From an uncultured Nitrososphaeraceae archaeon (GTDB taxonomy: Archaea; Thermoproteota; Nitrososphaeria; Nitrososphaerales; Nitrososphaeraceae), in the NCBI GenBank assembly GCA_963765895.1, contig CAVXZB010000041.1, positions 69,152 to 133,151 on the forward strand: a stretch of 64,000 nucleotides of DNA. Direction: 5' to 3'. Position 1 is the first letter of the stretch, and each line of letters begins with the position of its first letter. The position numbers and the translations under genes are program-made. This document shows positions 11,601-23,022 of this stretch, piece by piece. Under the pieces are notes generated by a model that was not told where the DNA came from, ran no database searches, and saw nothing but the letters and a program-made list of their open reading frames with translations.

Positions 11601-12428
11601 ATGATCAAACAAGTATGCCGGTTGCTGCCATTCAACGAAAGTACTGTAGTAAAAGACGATGAAGTTGAGAAAGCAGTGAATGCATTGCAGAAACAGGTTA
11701 ATAATGATTTGTCGAAATACTGGGGAAAAAGTGCGAAGCTTACATTTGTACCAAAAGGTCAAAAAATACCCCGTGATCAATGCTGGATGGCGATAATGGA
11801 TAATACAGACCAAGCTGGGGCAGGTGGCTACCACGATCTTACTGACCAAGGCTTACCTATGGCTAAAGTATTTGCTAAGACAGAAATGGATCATGGTAAT
11901 GAATGGACAACTGCTGCTTCTCACGAACTCTGTGAGATGACTATAGATCCATGGATAAATCTAGCCGCTATTATAGAAAACGAAGATCATGGTATGAGAT
12001 TATGGGCTTACGAAGTAAGTGATCCCTGTGAGATAGATGCACAAGGATACAAAATAGACGGAGTTTTAGTATCTGATTTTATCACCCCACAATGGTATGA
12101 ACCTGGAGCAATAAATTATCGAAATGTCAAGTTTGACCATATGGGCCATCTAAAACAACCATTTGAAATATTGGAAGGTGGCTATGGACAAGTATTTGAT
12201 ATACTCAAAGGCAATGGATGGCAACAAATAACAGCCAAGAAACCAGGCCCATCAGATTTGCAGCTTTTAGAAAGTAAAGGATCCGCGGAGTCAAGAAGAA
12301 CGTATATTGTATCTGCAATGGACGCAAATTATTATGAGTATAGACAAAGACCTTATCTAGGTAGTAGAAGAGAGAGAAGAAGATCACCACGCCATATGTG
12401 GCTAAGGAGTCAGATCCGGAATCGTTAA
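11601..12428 (+). CDS. Hypothetical protein with Phi-1/EXORDIUM-like metal-binding motifs
   Basis: GGYH..., ASHELCEMTIDP, YEVSDPCE, VSDF. Confidence 0.65.
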   Translation: MIKQVCRLLPFNESTVVKDDEVEKAVNALQKQVNNDLSKYWGKSAKLTFVPKGQKIPRDQCWMAIMDNTDQAGAGGYHDLTDQGLPMAKVFAKTEMDHGNEWTTAASHELCEMTIDPWINLAAIIENEDHGMRLWAYEVSDPCEIDAQGYKIDGVLVSDFITPQWYEPGAINYRNVKFDHMGHLKQPFEILEGGYGQVFDILKGNGWQQITAKKPGPSDLQLLESKGSAESRRTYIVSAMDANYYEYRQRPYLGSRRERRRSPRHMWLRSQIRNR

Positions 12429-12555
12429 AGAACAAAGATATAGCCATTCTTTTTCTGTTTTGTCGATTATCTTATTCTTTTACTATCTTATTTATTTTAA
12501 TCAACAATACTGCATTTTAGTTACATTACATAATTTTAATGAGAAATATTAAGAC

Positions 12556-13098
12556 TTATTTCGCTAAGATATTCAACATGAATGGCTGTTTGATAATAAA
12601 GTTAGCTTGGTCATAAGAATACAATAATTGTAGTAGAACAGTAAGTTTTCCGGGGTTTATTGCTAAATATTGTGTTTCCCCATCAAACCTCTGAATAGTA
12701 CCAATAGATAATGTAGTTGATTTTCCAGGAGACAGTGCAATATTATAATAATTCTTGACGGTGCAAAACCCGTGGTGTACAATATCTATATTCTTTTCAA
12801 AGGTGGCAGTTAACGGGTGTGTACATCCAATAGAAGAAAGTGTTACACTTTTAGGCGAATTATTTGATACAGTAACAATTATTTTGAAAATATCTTCTAC
12901 ATGTACTGGTGAGGGTACAGTATGAATGTGAACGAGCATTACTGCGTTAGAGGATGATAAACTTCTGGAAGAGGCAGATGAAGCAAGCGCAGGTACAACA
13001 TTATCGCTGATTATACTTTGCATTTCTGGAGCCAAAACTATTATGGATAGCGCAATAGTTATCATCAAATATTCTGTTCTCCACTGGGAAGATCTCAT
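12556..13098 (-). CDS. Secreted or membrane-anchored protein with an Ig-like beta domain
   Basis: N-terminal hydrophobic stretch, Ser linker, PSPVHV..FKIIVTVSNNS..LSPGKSTT. Confidence 0.6.
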   Translation of the reverse strand: MRSSQWRTEYLMITIALSIIVLAPEMQSIISDNVVPALASSASSRSLSSSNAVMLVHIHTVPSPVHVEDIFKIIVTVSNNSPKSVTLSSIGCTHPLTATFEKNIDIVHHGFCTVKNYYNIALSPGKSTTLSIGTIQRFDGETQYLAINPGKLTVLLQLLYSYDQANFIIKQPFMLNILAK

Positions 13099-13373
13099 TG
13101 ATAATCGACTCCAGTACCGGTCGTAACATTAAGTATTGTCATAACACAAGTTAACGACTTATTGTCTTTAATTGTGAATTTAATTGAGAATATATAAACA
13201 TACATAGACTAGAGTCATATATGTGATATGTTCCGAATCCCTACCTTTATCATCATTTGCGTTTTTGATAATAATCTATATCAGTGAATTATGGGTAAGC
13301 AAACACAAAATACTCGACATAGAGAAGACCGATCTATAACTAAGGACTGATAGGAGTTCAATTAATTGAGATA

Positions 13374-13391
13374 TTTTTCGGCGCCGAAAAA
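13374..13391. promoter_or_regulatory. Palindromic motif copy 4 (perfect; extends to ATTTTTCGGCGCCGAAAAAT)
   Basis: Intergenic, about 275 bp upstream of 13098(-) and about 930 bp from parB. Confidence 0.8.
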
Positions 13392-13764
13392 TTAGGCTCA
13401 ACCTGGGAAAATTACAAAAAATAATGGTAATAACAGCAAATTTGTTCTTATTGATTCACATTTAACCAGAATAATTACGAAGTATCGTCTAATACTTTCA
13501 CGATTATTTACACCATTAACATCAATAGAGGATCTGCGTAACGAGTTGGGAAACTAGGTATTTTGGTACTGCCGCGTCTAACGAATATTTAGCTTTTTTC
13601 CTTCTTTCCAGCAAAACTGCAATTATAGATACTCCTCTTTGTTTATCTATTCATCTGCAGAATAGCATCCATCAGGTATTATTTGGTAATAGCAATGCCA
13701 CAAATATGGTGTCAGTTGATTATAGTACTAGACGAATGTGATTATATTTATTTCAGGCAAGCTA

Positions 13765-14187
13765 TTAATCCTTGCTAATAATTTCTGCCATCACATGCTT
13801 TATCAAGTCTTCACTCGAAACTGGTTTTTTTATGAAGCATTTTACATCGAGCTTAGGAAATTGCTCCTTTAGAGAATCATAGTACTCCTCAAATGCAGTT
13901 ATGAAGCAGACCTTTATATCAGAATCCTTTTTCCTAATCTTTTCGTATAATTCAAAGCCATTAATTTTAGGCAATCGAATATCAATAATTACGAGATCAT
14001 AATACTGTGGCTGGAAGGTGGACAGGGCTTTAAATGGGTCACTATAAAATGTCACATGAAATCCTTGATCTTCTAAACAAGTTTTAAAAAATAAACTAAC
14101 ATCTTGTTCATCATCAATAACCAATATTCTTGGAATATACTTATCTTTTATCAAGAGATCAGCTGCTAGGTATGGTTTATCCTTCAT
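13765..14187 (-). CDS. Stand-alone response regulator receiver protein
   Basis: ILVIDDE, DLVIIDIRLPKINGFEL, ITA, IKKPV. Confidence 0.92.
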   Translation of the reverse strand: MKDKPYLAADLLIKDKYIPRILVIDDEQDVSLFFKTCLEDQGFHVTFYSDPFKALSTFQPQYYDLVIIDIRLPKINGFELYEKIRKKDSDIKVCFITAFEEYYDSLKEQFPKLDVKCFIKKPVSSEDLIKHVMAEIISKD

Positions 14188-14316
14188 AATTATATATACA
14201 AGTCATATATGTCCTTTTAATATTATAATCCTTGACTATCACGTTTTCAATATAATCTAATATTTTTTCCAAAATACGGCAAAATGGTTATATATAACCA
14301 GACAACGTAACTAATA

Positions 14317-15207
14317 TTGTCAAAGGAACTGACGACCTCTAACACAACAAGGGGATTGTTAGCAGATATCGATATTTATCAAATTAGACACCCACCTACT
14401 TTTTATAGATCTACTAAAACTAATCTAATGTTAGGGACCAAACAGCTAGCTGAACTTTCCAAATCCATTGTACGACAGGGCCTTTTGCAACCAATCGTTG
14501 TCAGAGCAAAGGCAAGAACAAATCACTTTGAAATAGTTTCGGGAAACCGCAGATATGAGGCGTGTAAAGCATTAGGTTGGCGAAAGATGGTTTGTCATGT
14601 TCTAGAACTAGATGATAGAAATGCATTTGAGGTAACATTAATTGAAAATATTCAAAGGGAAAATCTTGATCCAATAGAAGAAGCTCGTGCATTTAAAATT
14701 TACGTAGAAGAGTATGGATGGGGTGGAATATCTGACTTGGCATCGAGATTGGGTAAGAGTGCTAGCTATGTAGATAAACGTATAAAGCTTTTGGACTCAC
14801 CTGCCGAGATAATCGAAAGCTTATCTAATCATTCAATTAGTCCTAGTATTGTTGAAGAATTAAGCCCCATCAATGATCAGAAAGTAGTAAGTGATCTTGT
14901 TGAGATGATAAATAAAAAAGGACTGTCTTCTAGGAAGGTACGAAAGCTAGTAAAGGAATACAAGAAAGAATCCTCTCTAGAGATCTATAATTTTCATGAC
15001 ACCGAGGACAAAATCGTAGATATCGATAGAATGGTCCAAAATTCTTTTGATAAATCGATAGTTGCATTGAGAATCGCCGCCAGCAGAGTAGCTACAATAG
15101 TAGAGAGTATGGAAGACAACTGGATTATACATGAAATCTTAATGCAGCATAAAATGATGTTGCATTCGCAGATAGATGTGTTAATAAAAGAAAAGAAAAA
15201 GCTTTGA
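14317..15207 (+). CDS. parB: ParB/RepB/Spo0J-family protein
   Basis: GLLQPIVVR, EIVSGNRRYEA (CTPase motif), IENIQRENLDPIEEARA, HTH (ISDLASRLGKSASYV). Confidence 0.88.
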   Translation: MSKELTTSNTTRGLLADIDIYQIRHPPTFYRSTKTNLMLGTKQLAELSKSIVRQGLLQPIVVRAKARTNHFEIVSGNRRYEACKALGWRKMVCHVLELDDRNAFEVTLIENIQRENLDPIEEARAFKIYVEEYGWGGISDLASRLGKSASYVDKRIKLLDSPAEIIESLSNHSISPSIVEELSPINDQKVVSDLVEMINKKGLSSRKVRKLVKEYKKESSLEIYNFHDTEDKIVDIDRMVQNSFDKSIVALRIAASRVATIVESMEDNWIIHEILMQHKMMLHSQIDVLIKEKKKL

Positions 15208-15249
15208 ACATATTATCTGGTCACATGTTGGAACAAATTATAAGGTGTT

Positions 15250-16150
15250 TGAATTCATCTTCTTCTTCCTTTGTTACTATTTTGTGCCAAGCATCTGTGA
15301 ATCCATCAGAATATGCAACATTTCCTGGTGAAACAGGAATTGGCGTTTGATATTATAAAAATCATGAAATTCCAATCCTCTTCCACATCGGTAATAATTT
15401 CAGATATTCTATTCATAGCAATCCTTAAGGCATTGATAGTCTTATCAAATGCTCTTTTACCTATCAAAATATGTCTATTATAAATCTGATTAGCATATAT
15501 CTCAGTGCTGACATCTCTGTAAAGGCGTAAGAAATTACGAGTTTTCCTTAAAGACATCTGTCTATTAATTATGAGTGAAGCGAGCCTTGACTATTCAGAA
15601 TTATCCCTTACTGAAAGCAATTCCTCTGCAATACTTGTTGACAATTCCTTATTTGTTAGAGCTTCAAGAACTTCTGCTGGAAGATCAAGTAATTTGATGC
15701 GCTTGGAAATATAACTTATACTTTTACCAATTCGACACGATAAATCTGATATCCCTCCCCAACCAAAATTTGAGGTATACATTTTGAAGGCCACCCTTCA
15801 TCCATTGGATTATAGATTCTTTTGTATATTTTCTAAAAAACTAATCTCAAATGCATTTCTGTCGTCACATTCTACAATATGACAAGATATCTTTTTTGAA
15901 ACCCAAGGTTTTATATGCCATAAACCTCCTGTTACCCGCAACAAGTTCAAAATCGGAATCCATGGGCCTAACCAAAATTGGTTGTAGTAATCCCTTTTGC
16001 ATAATTGAAGCCGAGAGATCTTCAATATTTGTCACATTTCTATGAATATTTTGCGACTGCCTAAGTTTTGAAGATCTATGTCTTCAAAAAAAAACTAGAG
16101 GAGACTAGGGAAGATATCTGGCGTACGTTTTTGGCATCTCGATTCCCACA
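15250..16150 (-). pseudogene. Second ParB/Spo0J paralogue, convergent, multiply frameshifted
   Basis: Fragments KGLLQPILVR, ELVAGNRRF, AFEISFLENIQ, GWGGISDLSCRIGKS, AFDKTINALRIA are colinear with 14317-15207. Confidence 0.85.
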
Positions 16151-16335
16151 TATGGGATTTAATATATACTGTTTCCTATACTAATCACTTTATTAGTTAA
16201 ACTCCAATATTAGCAAATCGTATATTTAATCTATCACAACCTGTGACACACCATGATATGATAGAATCCTAATATGGCGTTCGACTGAAGCGGCGACGAT
16301 ATGGAGGATGGTATCTGGACTCGCTGATTCGGCCC

Positions 16336-17901
16336 TCAGTGCTGCCTGCTTGCTAGCTTGAGGGTAAGGGAAGCAACATGAGCTGATATCCCGTCGTAAA
16401 ATGCAGCCAAGTGCTCCTTCATTTTTGTCCTCGACTTCGGTTTAGACAAATTGTCCAGATAAATCATATGCCCAGACTCATAATTGTGAAATTCAAGGTT
16501 ATCGAGGCTCGTTGGGTTGCCTATAGGCATATTTTTTAAATCCAACTTAGTTTGGAAGAACGGTGTCACAGCGTCATAATATCCATTTGCACAAAAGACT
16601 TTGAGGTATGGGTTTATCTCCATAGACGCTGCTAGATCGCCGGCTGTGTATAGAGGTTCTAGTCCGCTCTTTTTGGCTCCGGTTGGATCGGTGTGTTCAA
16701 AATTCCATATTTCAGCGACAAGAGGGTTAAGGGCTATGAACGGAGATGTTGATATATACTTGAGCTCTTCATTTAGGTACACGTTCCACATGGCGGTATA
16801 AACTCCACCCACAGCAGTTATGGTGGGATCATTTCCCCCAGACTTTGGATCCACAGACCCGGCGATTCCTGTATCATTTGAATTGACACGGCCATCGTAC
16901 TGACCCAATACTCTATCCTGCAAAAGGCTTTTCAGAAAAATTGTGTTGCCCTCTATGGCAGGATCGAGATTCCAATCCTCAAGTACCTCGGATGGGATCC
17001 CGATAAACTGGCTCAGAGATTGAACTGTGGCTGGATCTCCCTTTGTATAGGTTGCCTTCGCGGCAGCAAACGGCCCGGTCGCGAAGTCCTCGACCTGCTT
17101 CATAAAACTGTCCAGGTCGGTTGGAAGTGGCGACACTGTCACCTTACCGTAGAACAATGCATCAGCTGCAAAAGTTGGAAGTAGACCAATAGGATTGGAT
17201 ATTTGAGAAAAGTCCAGAATTGAAGACTGCAATATTATTCCGTTCAGATCCACACCATCTTCATGAAGCAACCAAGTTAACACACAGGTTCGCGGTGTCC
17301 CATATGATTCTCCGAATAGGAATTTTGGTGAATTCCAGCGACCATAGCTAGTTAGATAACGCTTTATAAATTGCTTAATTGATTGTGCGTCTGTATCTAC
17401 ACCCCAGAAATCCTGGTTTTTCGCAGGAGCGATCGCTGCAGAGTATCCGGTTCCCACAGGGTTTATGAAGACAAGGTCGGTGCGGTCGAGCAGACTATCG
17501 GCATTGTCTTCCAACGCGTAAGGCGGAGGGGTAAACTCAGGCAGGTTCGTCTTAATGCATCGTGGTCCAAATGACCCTAGCAATAGAAACACAGAAGATG
17601 ATCCCGGACCCCCGTTATAAAAGAAAGTCACAGGACGGCTAGACGCGGCGACATCGTTGGCAGTGAATGATACATAAAAGATCTTGGCATAAGGTAGCGC
17701 GGTATCTTGATCGTATACCACGAGATGACCAGCGCTGGCAGCATATGATATAGTAGTCCCATTGATCGTGATATTATGCTGTGTAACTACAGCTTTCTCG
17801 ATAGTATCACTTATTGAATCTTTTGGGCCTGGCCCGTATGCTGTATTATCGACAAGCGGTTGGTCTGACGACTTAGCTTGGACTAGAACTGATTCATCCA
17901 T
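16336..17901 (-). CDS. Peptidase S10 serine carboxypeptidase
   Basis: YNGGPGSSS, NPVGTGYS, GESYG (Ser), GYYDAVTP (Asp), SGHMIY (His); start moved to ATG 17901, which follows a GGAGG. Confidence 0.9.
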   Translation of the reverse strand: MDESVLVQAKSSDQPLVDNTAYGPGPKDSISDTIEKAVVTQHNITINGTTISYAASAGHLVVYDQDTALPYAKIFYVSFTANDVAASSRPVTFFYNGGPGSSSVFLLLGSFGPRCIKTNLPEFTPPPYALEDNADSLLDRTDLVFINPVGTGYSAAIAPAKNQDFWGVDTDAQSIKQFIKRYLTSYGRWNSPKFLFGESYGTPRTCVLTWLLHEDGVDLNGIILQSSILDFSQISNPIGLLPTFAADALFYGKVTVSPLPTDLDSFMKQVEDFATGPFAAAKATYTKGDPATVQSLSQFIGIPSEVLEDWNLDPAIEGNTIFLKSLLQDRVLGQYDGRVNSNDTGIAGSVDPKSGGNDPTITAVGGVYTAMWNVYLNEELKYISTSPFIALNPLVAEIWNFEHTDPTGAKKSGLEPLYTAGDLAASMEINPYLKVFCANGYYDAVTPFFQTKLDLKNMPIGNPTSLDNLEFHNYESGHMIYLDNLSKPKSRTKMKEHLAAFYDGISAHVASLTLKLASRQH

Positions 17902-18157
17902 GTTGGGCTCTTCCTCCCCAAAGGTATCTGGCAGCCCTGATTCTCCAGATGCCAACCAAACGACATGCACCATCAGACTTCTCTTGACTGGCTTCATTCC
18001 ATCCCCTCACACTACCTTCGAGAATTGAATGTGTTTGAAGATTATTCATATCTAATTAGAATCTTAATAAAGTGCCTCATAAGTTTTTTGCATAGGGAAA
18101 ATCGAATTAGTTCGAACGATAGGAACGCAGATTAATTCGTTGAGTAAAGTGTAACAA

Positions 18158-18175
18158 TTTTTCGGTGCCGAAATA
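18158..18175. promoter_or_regulatory. Palindromic motif copy 5 (TTTTTCGGTGCCGAAATA)
   Basis: About 255 bp upstream of the S10 peptidase. Confidence 0.65.
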
Positions 18176-18569
18176 ATTTTTGTTTCCAACAGCTAGATAA
18201 CATTTATAGATTCACTTTTACCTCCACCATTTTTGACATAATAATGTGATTGAAAACTGATCCTCAGTCGAAGACAGTATTGAATGCAAAGATTATTAAG
18301 GATAAGGAAAAATGTGGTATATAAAATAGGCACAGTTTCCAGAATTATTTTCCGTATTTGAAATAATAGCTAATTATATTTTGGCTAATTTGAAAAATTA
18401 ACAAATCTTTATATTCACAATAAACTTGAGTAATTCCAAAAGCTATCTCTCGTGCAGAACTATTCAAATATATAATATTAGGGGTTTGCCACTAGGTATA
18501 AGGGGGCTTTTTATCTTTTTGTTTGTCAAGAGCTGCGTGCTGTCTAAAAATACTACATGTTATCTGTCA

Positions 18570-19230
18570 GTGTTGAGTTAACCTTGAAGGGATACTTTTC
18601 TAGCGACAACAACCTCATTTCCCTCCAGACCAATTATTTTAAGCATTTTTGATCCAGTAGTCGGTTTGGCAATGCTTAGGTTATTGATGCCGTCAGTGAC
18701 ATCTTGGTAAAGAATTGGTCCGCCATCTATATAAAGATCGATTCTAGATATCCAAGAATAGCCAATGGAATTTCCAAAGAACCATCCTGATTAGATATTG
18801 CAGCCTCAAGCCGCTGTACTGGCTTTGTTGCAAGGATCTAGATGCCCCTTTATCAAAATCCACGTTGTCGTTGGGCAAATTCGTACAGGTCCTATTGTAT
18901 ACGATATCTGGCTTTATTCCTGGGTTTTCTACTAATGTTCTAGCATGCTTTAAGGGTGTAGAAATAATCCTTGGAATGGTATCCCAATTCAACGGATTTT
19001 AGGCATTAATGGTAACAGTTCGTAGAAATGTCCTGGTCCTATGAATGTCTCTGGAATGCGTAGTTCAAAGTTTGGAGGGAGATAATTTTTTAGCTTATCT
19101 GATGATATGACATCTGTCACCATAAATAATCTCTCAGTACTTGGTTGCTTACTATTATTTGTAACTACCAACTGTATACGGAACGGAAGTATGGCTATAC
19201 AATTTGAAAATGATTCGGGTAAGAGATAAC
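18570..19230 (-). pseudogene. Fragmented hypothetical gene
   Basis: Abutting short ORFs 18989-19171 and 18744-18992; no family recognised. Confidence 0.3.
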
Positions 19231-19756
19231 GTGTATGAAGATCTCGTAATGAAGCAAAAATGTTAGCATTTTATCATGAAAACTTAATTCCTGGTCTGAA
19301 TTGTTTGCGCTACTTTCTTCAAGTTTTACTCAGGAGAACCTTCAGTCATTCTACAGGATTGACTGCATACATTGCAATTATCAAAGATGTACGTATACTT
19401 CAAACATTTCAATTGCCATTTCTACAATCACTTTCTAAACGTCAAGTGTTAAACCTTTTGTAGTAGAACGGAACTCTTTAAGTGTTTGGACTGCACTTAT
19501 CTCGTTTGTATTTTTAAACATATTAATTCATCCCATTACGGTCTTTACGAAATAAATAGATAGGTAAAAACGATCTTGAATTTTCATATGTATTGTCTAA
19601 AGATGACATAGTCAATTGACTATAAAGCTTGTATTCTTATTATCATTGTCATATCCGTATCTGTTTGATGCAGAGTTAATACCGTCAGATATCATTGCCT
19701 CATAGAATATAATGAATTAGAGATGGATAACTCATCAAAAGCCTCATTAGCATATA

Positions 19757-20353
19757 TTGAACATTATTGAAAATACAGATATGAATAAAGAAAATATATA
19801 TTCTGCAATTGAGAAAAAAGTAAATGAAGAATATTTTACTGGGCAAGTTACTTTACGAGAGATCTTTAGCGAACAAGTACATAATGAACAAGAAATTTAT
19901 CATGTAACATTTCATAACGGAGCAAGAACCACATTACATTATCATGAATCGGATCAAATACTTGTTGCCACGAGTGGAAAAGGAGTAGTTGGTTTAATCA
20001 AAGGAACAAGGGTTAGCAATTTTGAAATTGATGAAAAGGATATAATATTTTTTGAAGAAGAGGGAGATACTGTTTACATACCGGCAAACAGATTACATTT
20101 TCATGGTGCAATTAATGGATCAAGTGGTAAAGGAGATTTTTCACATTTGGCCATAAGAAAAATGTATTTAAATAATATAACACTGGCCGTCAAGGCAAAA
20201 AATGAATGGGAATATGATCTAATCGCAAAAGAAATAGGAAATAAGGATCCTATAATCATAAAGCAAATCGCAAAAAATATTTCAGAGAAGATTCAAGCAG
20301 ATATATTAATGAGATTAGAACGAGGAAAAAATAAACCTAATAGTTTATCATAA
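19757..20353 (+). CDS. Cupin-domain protein
   Basis: VTFHNGARTTLHYHESDQIL..G; GDTVYIPANRLHFHGA. Confidence 0.85.
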   Translation: MNIIENTDMNKENIYSAIEKKVNEEYFTGQVTLREIFSEQVHNEQEIYHVTFHNGARTTLHYHESDQILVATSGKGVVGLIKGTRVSNFEIDEKDIIFFEEEGDTVYIPANRLHFHGAINGSSGKGDFSHLAIRKMYLNNITLAVKAKNEWEYDLIAKEIGNKDPIIIKQIAKNISEKIQADILMRLERGKNKPNSLS

Positions 20354-20498
20354 TTAGTATTATTTCCCTCTTGGATCGCATGATATTATCTTAACGACCC
20401 TATTGAAGTACCTTTGATATTCTTCATCCTATTTCCAAGTCTACTAAATTAGAAAAATAAGTGGATTACAGAATAAAGTTAATAGTTGACAATTATAC

Positions 20499-21406
20499 TT
20501 ACCGACGCTCCAATGCATGTCGATCCCATTTTGCATTCGTCGCAGCTGCTTCATATGTGCTCTGCAGGAATGAGAGCAAGATATCATCAGGTGACTTTGC
20601 GGTACGGACCACATTATAAGATAAGACAAACTCTCTCATAGTAGTGTGATAGAATGCCTCTGGTGGTTGTAGTTGGTATCCGAAGCCCTTAGGCTCTGGA
20701 TAAGCATATGAGTAGAAGATTGGTTCATCAATAGGGCCTCCGCCTGGCCAGAAACCGCAACTACTCACCTCGTGAGAGTAAGCTTCTACAGTTACAAATC
20801 TAGCCAAGTTTGGCGCACCCGGATGAGCAGGCGCGGGACGTCCTGAAAAGCGTGTGACAGCCAGATCAAAAGCTCCCCAGAAAAAATGGACTGGACTAAC
20901 TTTGCCGGTAAACCTACAACGAAACTCTGTAAACACCCTGCTAGCCTGAGCTAGAATACGCCAGAATCGCTGGGCATAGTTGGTATCATATGCAGAGTGT
21001 TTTTGATCCTTCTCAAATGGAATTCGATCTGACACTTCCACAGGTGTGGTCCAAATGGTTAATGGCATTCCTAGCGATCCTAGGGCTGCCATTACTTCTT
21101 TATAAAAATCGGCTACTGAGCGAGGCCTGAGAACGATTATTTTGGTAGACCCATCAGCAGTTTCGATTATTATAAGTGATCGATGAAATCAAAGTTTATT
21201 TGAAATAATCGACTGTTGTAAGACATAGCTGATGTCGTGAGTCCCCTAGGTGATAAATACAGGGTAGAATTCCACCAATGATTTTCTAGATGAGTTAGCG
21301 CTAGTCTGATCTTGCCGACTATTTGGGTCCAAATGTGCAATGTTTCATAGGTGTCTTTCCATTCTGCTAGCGGCAATTCTGGCCACAGATTTGTTGTAGT
21401 TGTCAT
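20499..21406 (-). pseudogene. DUF5996 (Ava_C0101-like) protein, frameshifted near 21170
   Basis: WPELPLAEWKDTYETLH.WTQIVGKIRL, NHWW, SPVHFFWGAFDLAVTRFSGR, EAYSHEVSSCGFWPG. Confidence 0.85.
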
Positions 21407-21714
21407 TTCGTTAATTCCCTATTATACCGAACTGAAACGCCTTGCGATAAAAAACAATAGCTCTCAATCCAGAGAGTTTCGTTATGAACTGAAATAAGTT
21501 TTGTTAGTCGAGGTTCAGGGACAGGTTTCATATTAATATATTACAGAATAAGATATATAATAGCTTGACTCGAAATAAATCTTATATATAGGCATGAGTA
21601 AATAGAGATACGCCTGAAAAACCAACCACTAACAACCATCTATCATACTATACAATTCATACCATTCCTTCGTTTGTAAATAACGTAAAGAAATTTACAA
21701 GAAATGAAAAGCGG

Positions 21715-23022
21715 TTGTTTCTAAATTATGATAGATATATGATAGGAAGATCTTATCAACTATTTAAAGGCGCTCTCCACTCGGACAAAACATTTCAGTT
21801 ATATAAGCAATATTTATGGCATTTTTGTAATTTCATTGGGTTGACAACTGAGGAGATTGTTTCAAAATATACGGCGGATAATATCAAAGAAGTGATACGA
21901 TTACAACGTATAGCCGAAGATTATGTCTTGTTCTTACAAGCCAAAATAAGTAACGGAGAGATTACTGCAGGAACTGGTCATAGCATGATCCCTCCTGTAA
22001 AGTTGTTTTGCGAAATGAACGACATTATACTTAATTGGAAAAAAATAAACAAACTCTTACCGCATGGTAATGGTAATGTAGCCGATGAGGCATACACAAA
22101 GGAACAGATAAAGAAGATGCTAGAACATTCAGACCTGAGAGCCAAGATTCCTATACTTTTTATGGCATCAAGTGGAATGCGATTGGGCGGTTTTGTTGGT
22201 CTTAGGGATGGTGATATACACCCTATCTATGATGAAGTGACAGGCAAAAAAGTAGTTGCGGCTCATGTAGTTGTTTACAAGGGAACAGATGATGAATATG
22301 ATACGTTCATCTCGCCTGAGGCTTTCTCTATATACCAAGAATATCGAAACCTTCGCGTAAAATTTGGCGAAGTAATAACCAAAAAGAGTCCAATACTATT
22401 AAGACGATTTGACATCAGTCCTGATGGCAAGACAGCAAGATTAGATAATACAAAGCCTGTAGCGTTATCGACTGTAACAGGTATAATAAGAAATGTGGCT
22501 TACAAAGCTGGTATCAGGGAAATTTCAGAAAATTATAAAGATAGGTATAACATCAAAATTGCTCATGGTTTTAGAAAGTTTTTCAATACCACTTTAAGCA
22601 GTATTAGAACCAAGGACGGAAGACTAGCAATTGACTTTATCAGAAAGGAAATGATGATGGGTCATGCTTTAATGAATATACATGCATTGGAACAAAATTA
22701 CAATAGGGCGGATAGACCAAAGATGCTACTTGAGGATTATCTGAAGGCAGTATCAGAGCTAACAATATCAGATGAGGAACGTATGAAAGTAGAAGTAAAG
22801 AAATTGCAGACTGACATATCCAGTATGAAATCAGTAGAGATAGAATTATCAGAAAAAGATAAAGAGATTCAATCTATGAAACAAAAATATGAGGAAATGA
22901 GTGTTACACTTCAAAACATTCTAAATGCTATCGGGAGTGTAGAGCAGCCTAGTAAGAACAAAATAGCCAAGCAGCTAATTATGAAAGGAGAATACAAACC
23001 AGATCCCAAATTAATTGTTTAG
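21715..23022 (+). CDS. Site-specific tyrosine integrase/recombinase with C-terminal coiled coil
   Basis: SSGMRLG (R), VYKG (K), HGFRK (HxxR), MMGH, NY (Y). Confidence 0.9.
   Translation: MFLNYDRYMIGRSYQLFKGALHSDKTFQLYKQYLWHFCNFIGLTTEEIVSKYTADNIKEVIRLQRIAEDYVLFLQAKISNGEITAGTGHSMIPPVKLFCEMNDIILNWKKINKLLPHGNGNVADEAYTKEQIKKMLEHSDLRAKIPILFMASSGMRLGGFVGLRDGDIHPIYDEVTGKKVVAAHVVVYKGTDDEYDTFISPEAFSIYQEYRNLRVKFGEVITKKSPILLRRFDISPDGKTARLDNTKPVALSTVTGIIRNVAYKAGIREISENYKDRYNIKIAHGFRKFFNTTLSSIRTKDGRLAIDFIRKEMMMGHALMNIHALEQNYNRADRPKMLLEDYLKAVSELTISDEERMKVEVKKLQTDISSMKSVEIELSEKDKEIQSMKQKYEEMSVTLQNILNAIGSVEQPSKNKIAKQLIMKGEYKPDPKLIV

Noticed and set aside
21410-21714. attL next to the integrase
   Set aside because: No tRNA fragment or matching direct repeat found by eye; needs a computed repeat search
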